From positions 11,098,001 through 11,162,000 of the forward strand of contig OZ176051.1 of NCBI GenBank assembly GCA_964247055.1: a stretch of 64,000 nucleotides of DNA, written 5' to 3'. Within the stretch, counting starts at the first letter, position 1. Every line of letters begins with the position of its first letter. The position numbers and the translations under genes are program-made. Origin of the DNA: Paragordius varius (lineage: Eukaryota > Animalia > Nematomorpha). Shown here piece by piece: positions 62,141 through 64,000 of this stretch. The notes beneath the pieces were generated by a model. It was not told where the DNA came from. It worked only from the letters and a program-made list of their open reading frames with translations, and did no database searches.

Positions 62141-64000
62141 AGAAAGCACAAGATCGGCTCGGATAAGGATATGTTAAATTATTTGACATCTAGTAATATA
62201 TTATTTAATAGGTAACCTTAGTTTACACAAATTTATTATTTGATTATAGATATGTTTAACCTTTTATTAAATATCCATTGTATTATACATAATTTTTAAA
62301 CAGCAAATGTGATATTATTTATATATATTTAGTTTTTTGTTAACATAAAAAATTCTTGTTCTATAGATTATCTGTACCACAGAAATCCAAGTTTATTTCA
62401 TCAGGAGTCGGAACATATTACATGTATTACATAAATCGTAAGTTTACCATTGTTGGGAAAGATCAATAACCTCGGTAAGTGGTGTTACAAATTTTAAATG
62501 AACGAAAATTCGAAATCATAAAGTGAGTTGTGAAGGCATGCTCCAATGTCAATGAAGTAAATCATTTTATTTAATGGTAAGTGAAGGTTTTATCTTATTC
62601 TTAAGCGTTAGAAATCGTTTTTTAATTTTGTCAAGCCGGTCCATCAATAGCAAGACCAAATCTCTTTGACAAGAAATTATGTCTAGTGAAATCATAGCGA
62701 TGGTCTATTAATATGAACTTTTAAATCCAATGGTTATAAAACGTTCTCGCTAACAAATGATTTATCTAAAGCATATAACTATTGAAAAACGACCATAATA
62801 AACCAAAATACTGGTTTTTACTCGGTATTTGCCTCTTCTACAGCAACAGTAAAAAAGCTTGAAACAACTTTAATAGGAAATTCTTTTGCATCCGTTGAAC
62901 TCTTCCGACTTGGCGCCATGTGACTAATACATCTTCGCATGCAGAGGGTACATCCTCGCAGAGGAATCCTTCAATAACTTTGATAACATTGGAAAACAGC
63001 TTGTATAATGGTTCGCAAAAGACAATTAGTTTTACGGAAGTTTGATATATTACCCGAGATGAGAGAAATGTGTGGCCAATATTTTAAATATAATAAATAA
63101 TTGTTTCTCTATAAAATTACATTTATTAGAAAAAAACGGAAACAACGCTTTATAAAAAATTTGACTAAACAACTTAAATTAATATAAATTCTAAGATTTA
63201 GTCAATAAAATATTTTAAAATTATTAATTTAATTAAAAACAAGTATTGAGTTTAAATAAAAAATGTATGATTGGAATAATGTTTGAAAAATTGGTTCAAT
63301 TTTTATGCTATTTACCGATATCATTTTTCATTTTGCTCTTTAAATATATAGTTGTGAAAAACGCTTCAGTTTAATTTTTCGCATTATCCAAGCTTGGGAT
63401 TGTTTTAACCAAAAATATTAAAGGTTTTATCAGTGACTAAAATAATTACAATTTAATCCGGTTTTAGTGATATATTTGAAAGTAAAATATTTAATATATT
63501 ATCATCAATACCCTTTCAACACTTAATTTAAGAATGTATAATAGGCATGTACCCGAGTTTGGAGAGCGCAAGCCAAATAACAGATAATGGTAAAATATAA
63601 ATGTAAACCTTTGATTTATCAGTGTTCAAGCTATTAATATCCAAATATATACAGAGGCTTTTATTCTATATTTAATTAAAAAACTTTTAAATTATTTACA
63701 AAAAAAGCGAGGGTTTTATAATTTATAGGATTAAAAATATCACTAAGGCGGGTGGCATTGCAATTAAGACATTAGGTTTGGACACTAAGCATGTCCAAGT
63801 GTGAATCCCAAAACTTTGTAATTTTTCTGTTGCAGTCAGGACCAGAAAGGCGGGTCTTTAATACATTATAAGTCATATTTATTTGTTTCAAAGAGACACC
63901 AGCTGTCCGTAAAATAAACGAAGGACGAAATCAATTTTTCCAGGTCCTACCACATTTAAACGCCTAATATGTATAATATTGCCAATTTATTTGCATTATC

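Noticed and set aside
63720-64000. GC-richer segment near the window end, possibly LINE-derived or coding
   Set aside because: Short broken frames, truncated by the window; I cannot assign it.

Overview
Very AT-rich eukaryotic genomic DNA with animal-like genes. The host is not identifiable from sequence alone; a derived invertebrate or parasite is my inference. I assembled eight spliced or single-exon housekeeping genes by hand from GT-AG sites, phase continuity and remembered family motifs: the 3' part of threonyl-tRNA synthetase (+), TFIIA-gamma (-, invisible in the ORF track), an SLC25A42-type CoA carrier (+), mitoribosomal mS38/AURKAIP1 (-), an SLC25A15-type ornithine carrier (+), RSL24D1/RLP24 (-), asparaginyl-tRNA synthetase (+) and an enlarged exportin-5-like gene (-). 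Six genes form three head-to-head pairs with only 143, 27 and 133 nt between start codons. Nine introns are only 21-27 nt, and all begin within about 360 nt of a start codon, while the other 50 modelled introns are 51-4492 nt. Mobile DNA includes a young Mag-like Ty3/gypsy element with unusual termini, hAT and Penelope remnants, and many MITEs. A near-intact RTE LINE lies in sense inside AsnRS intron 2, and its 5' UTR folds into a well-formed HDV-like self-cleaving ribozyme. No database searches were run; all homology calls rest on recalled family sequences.
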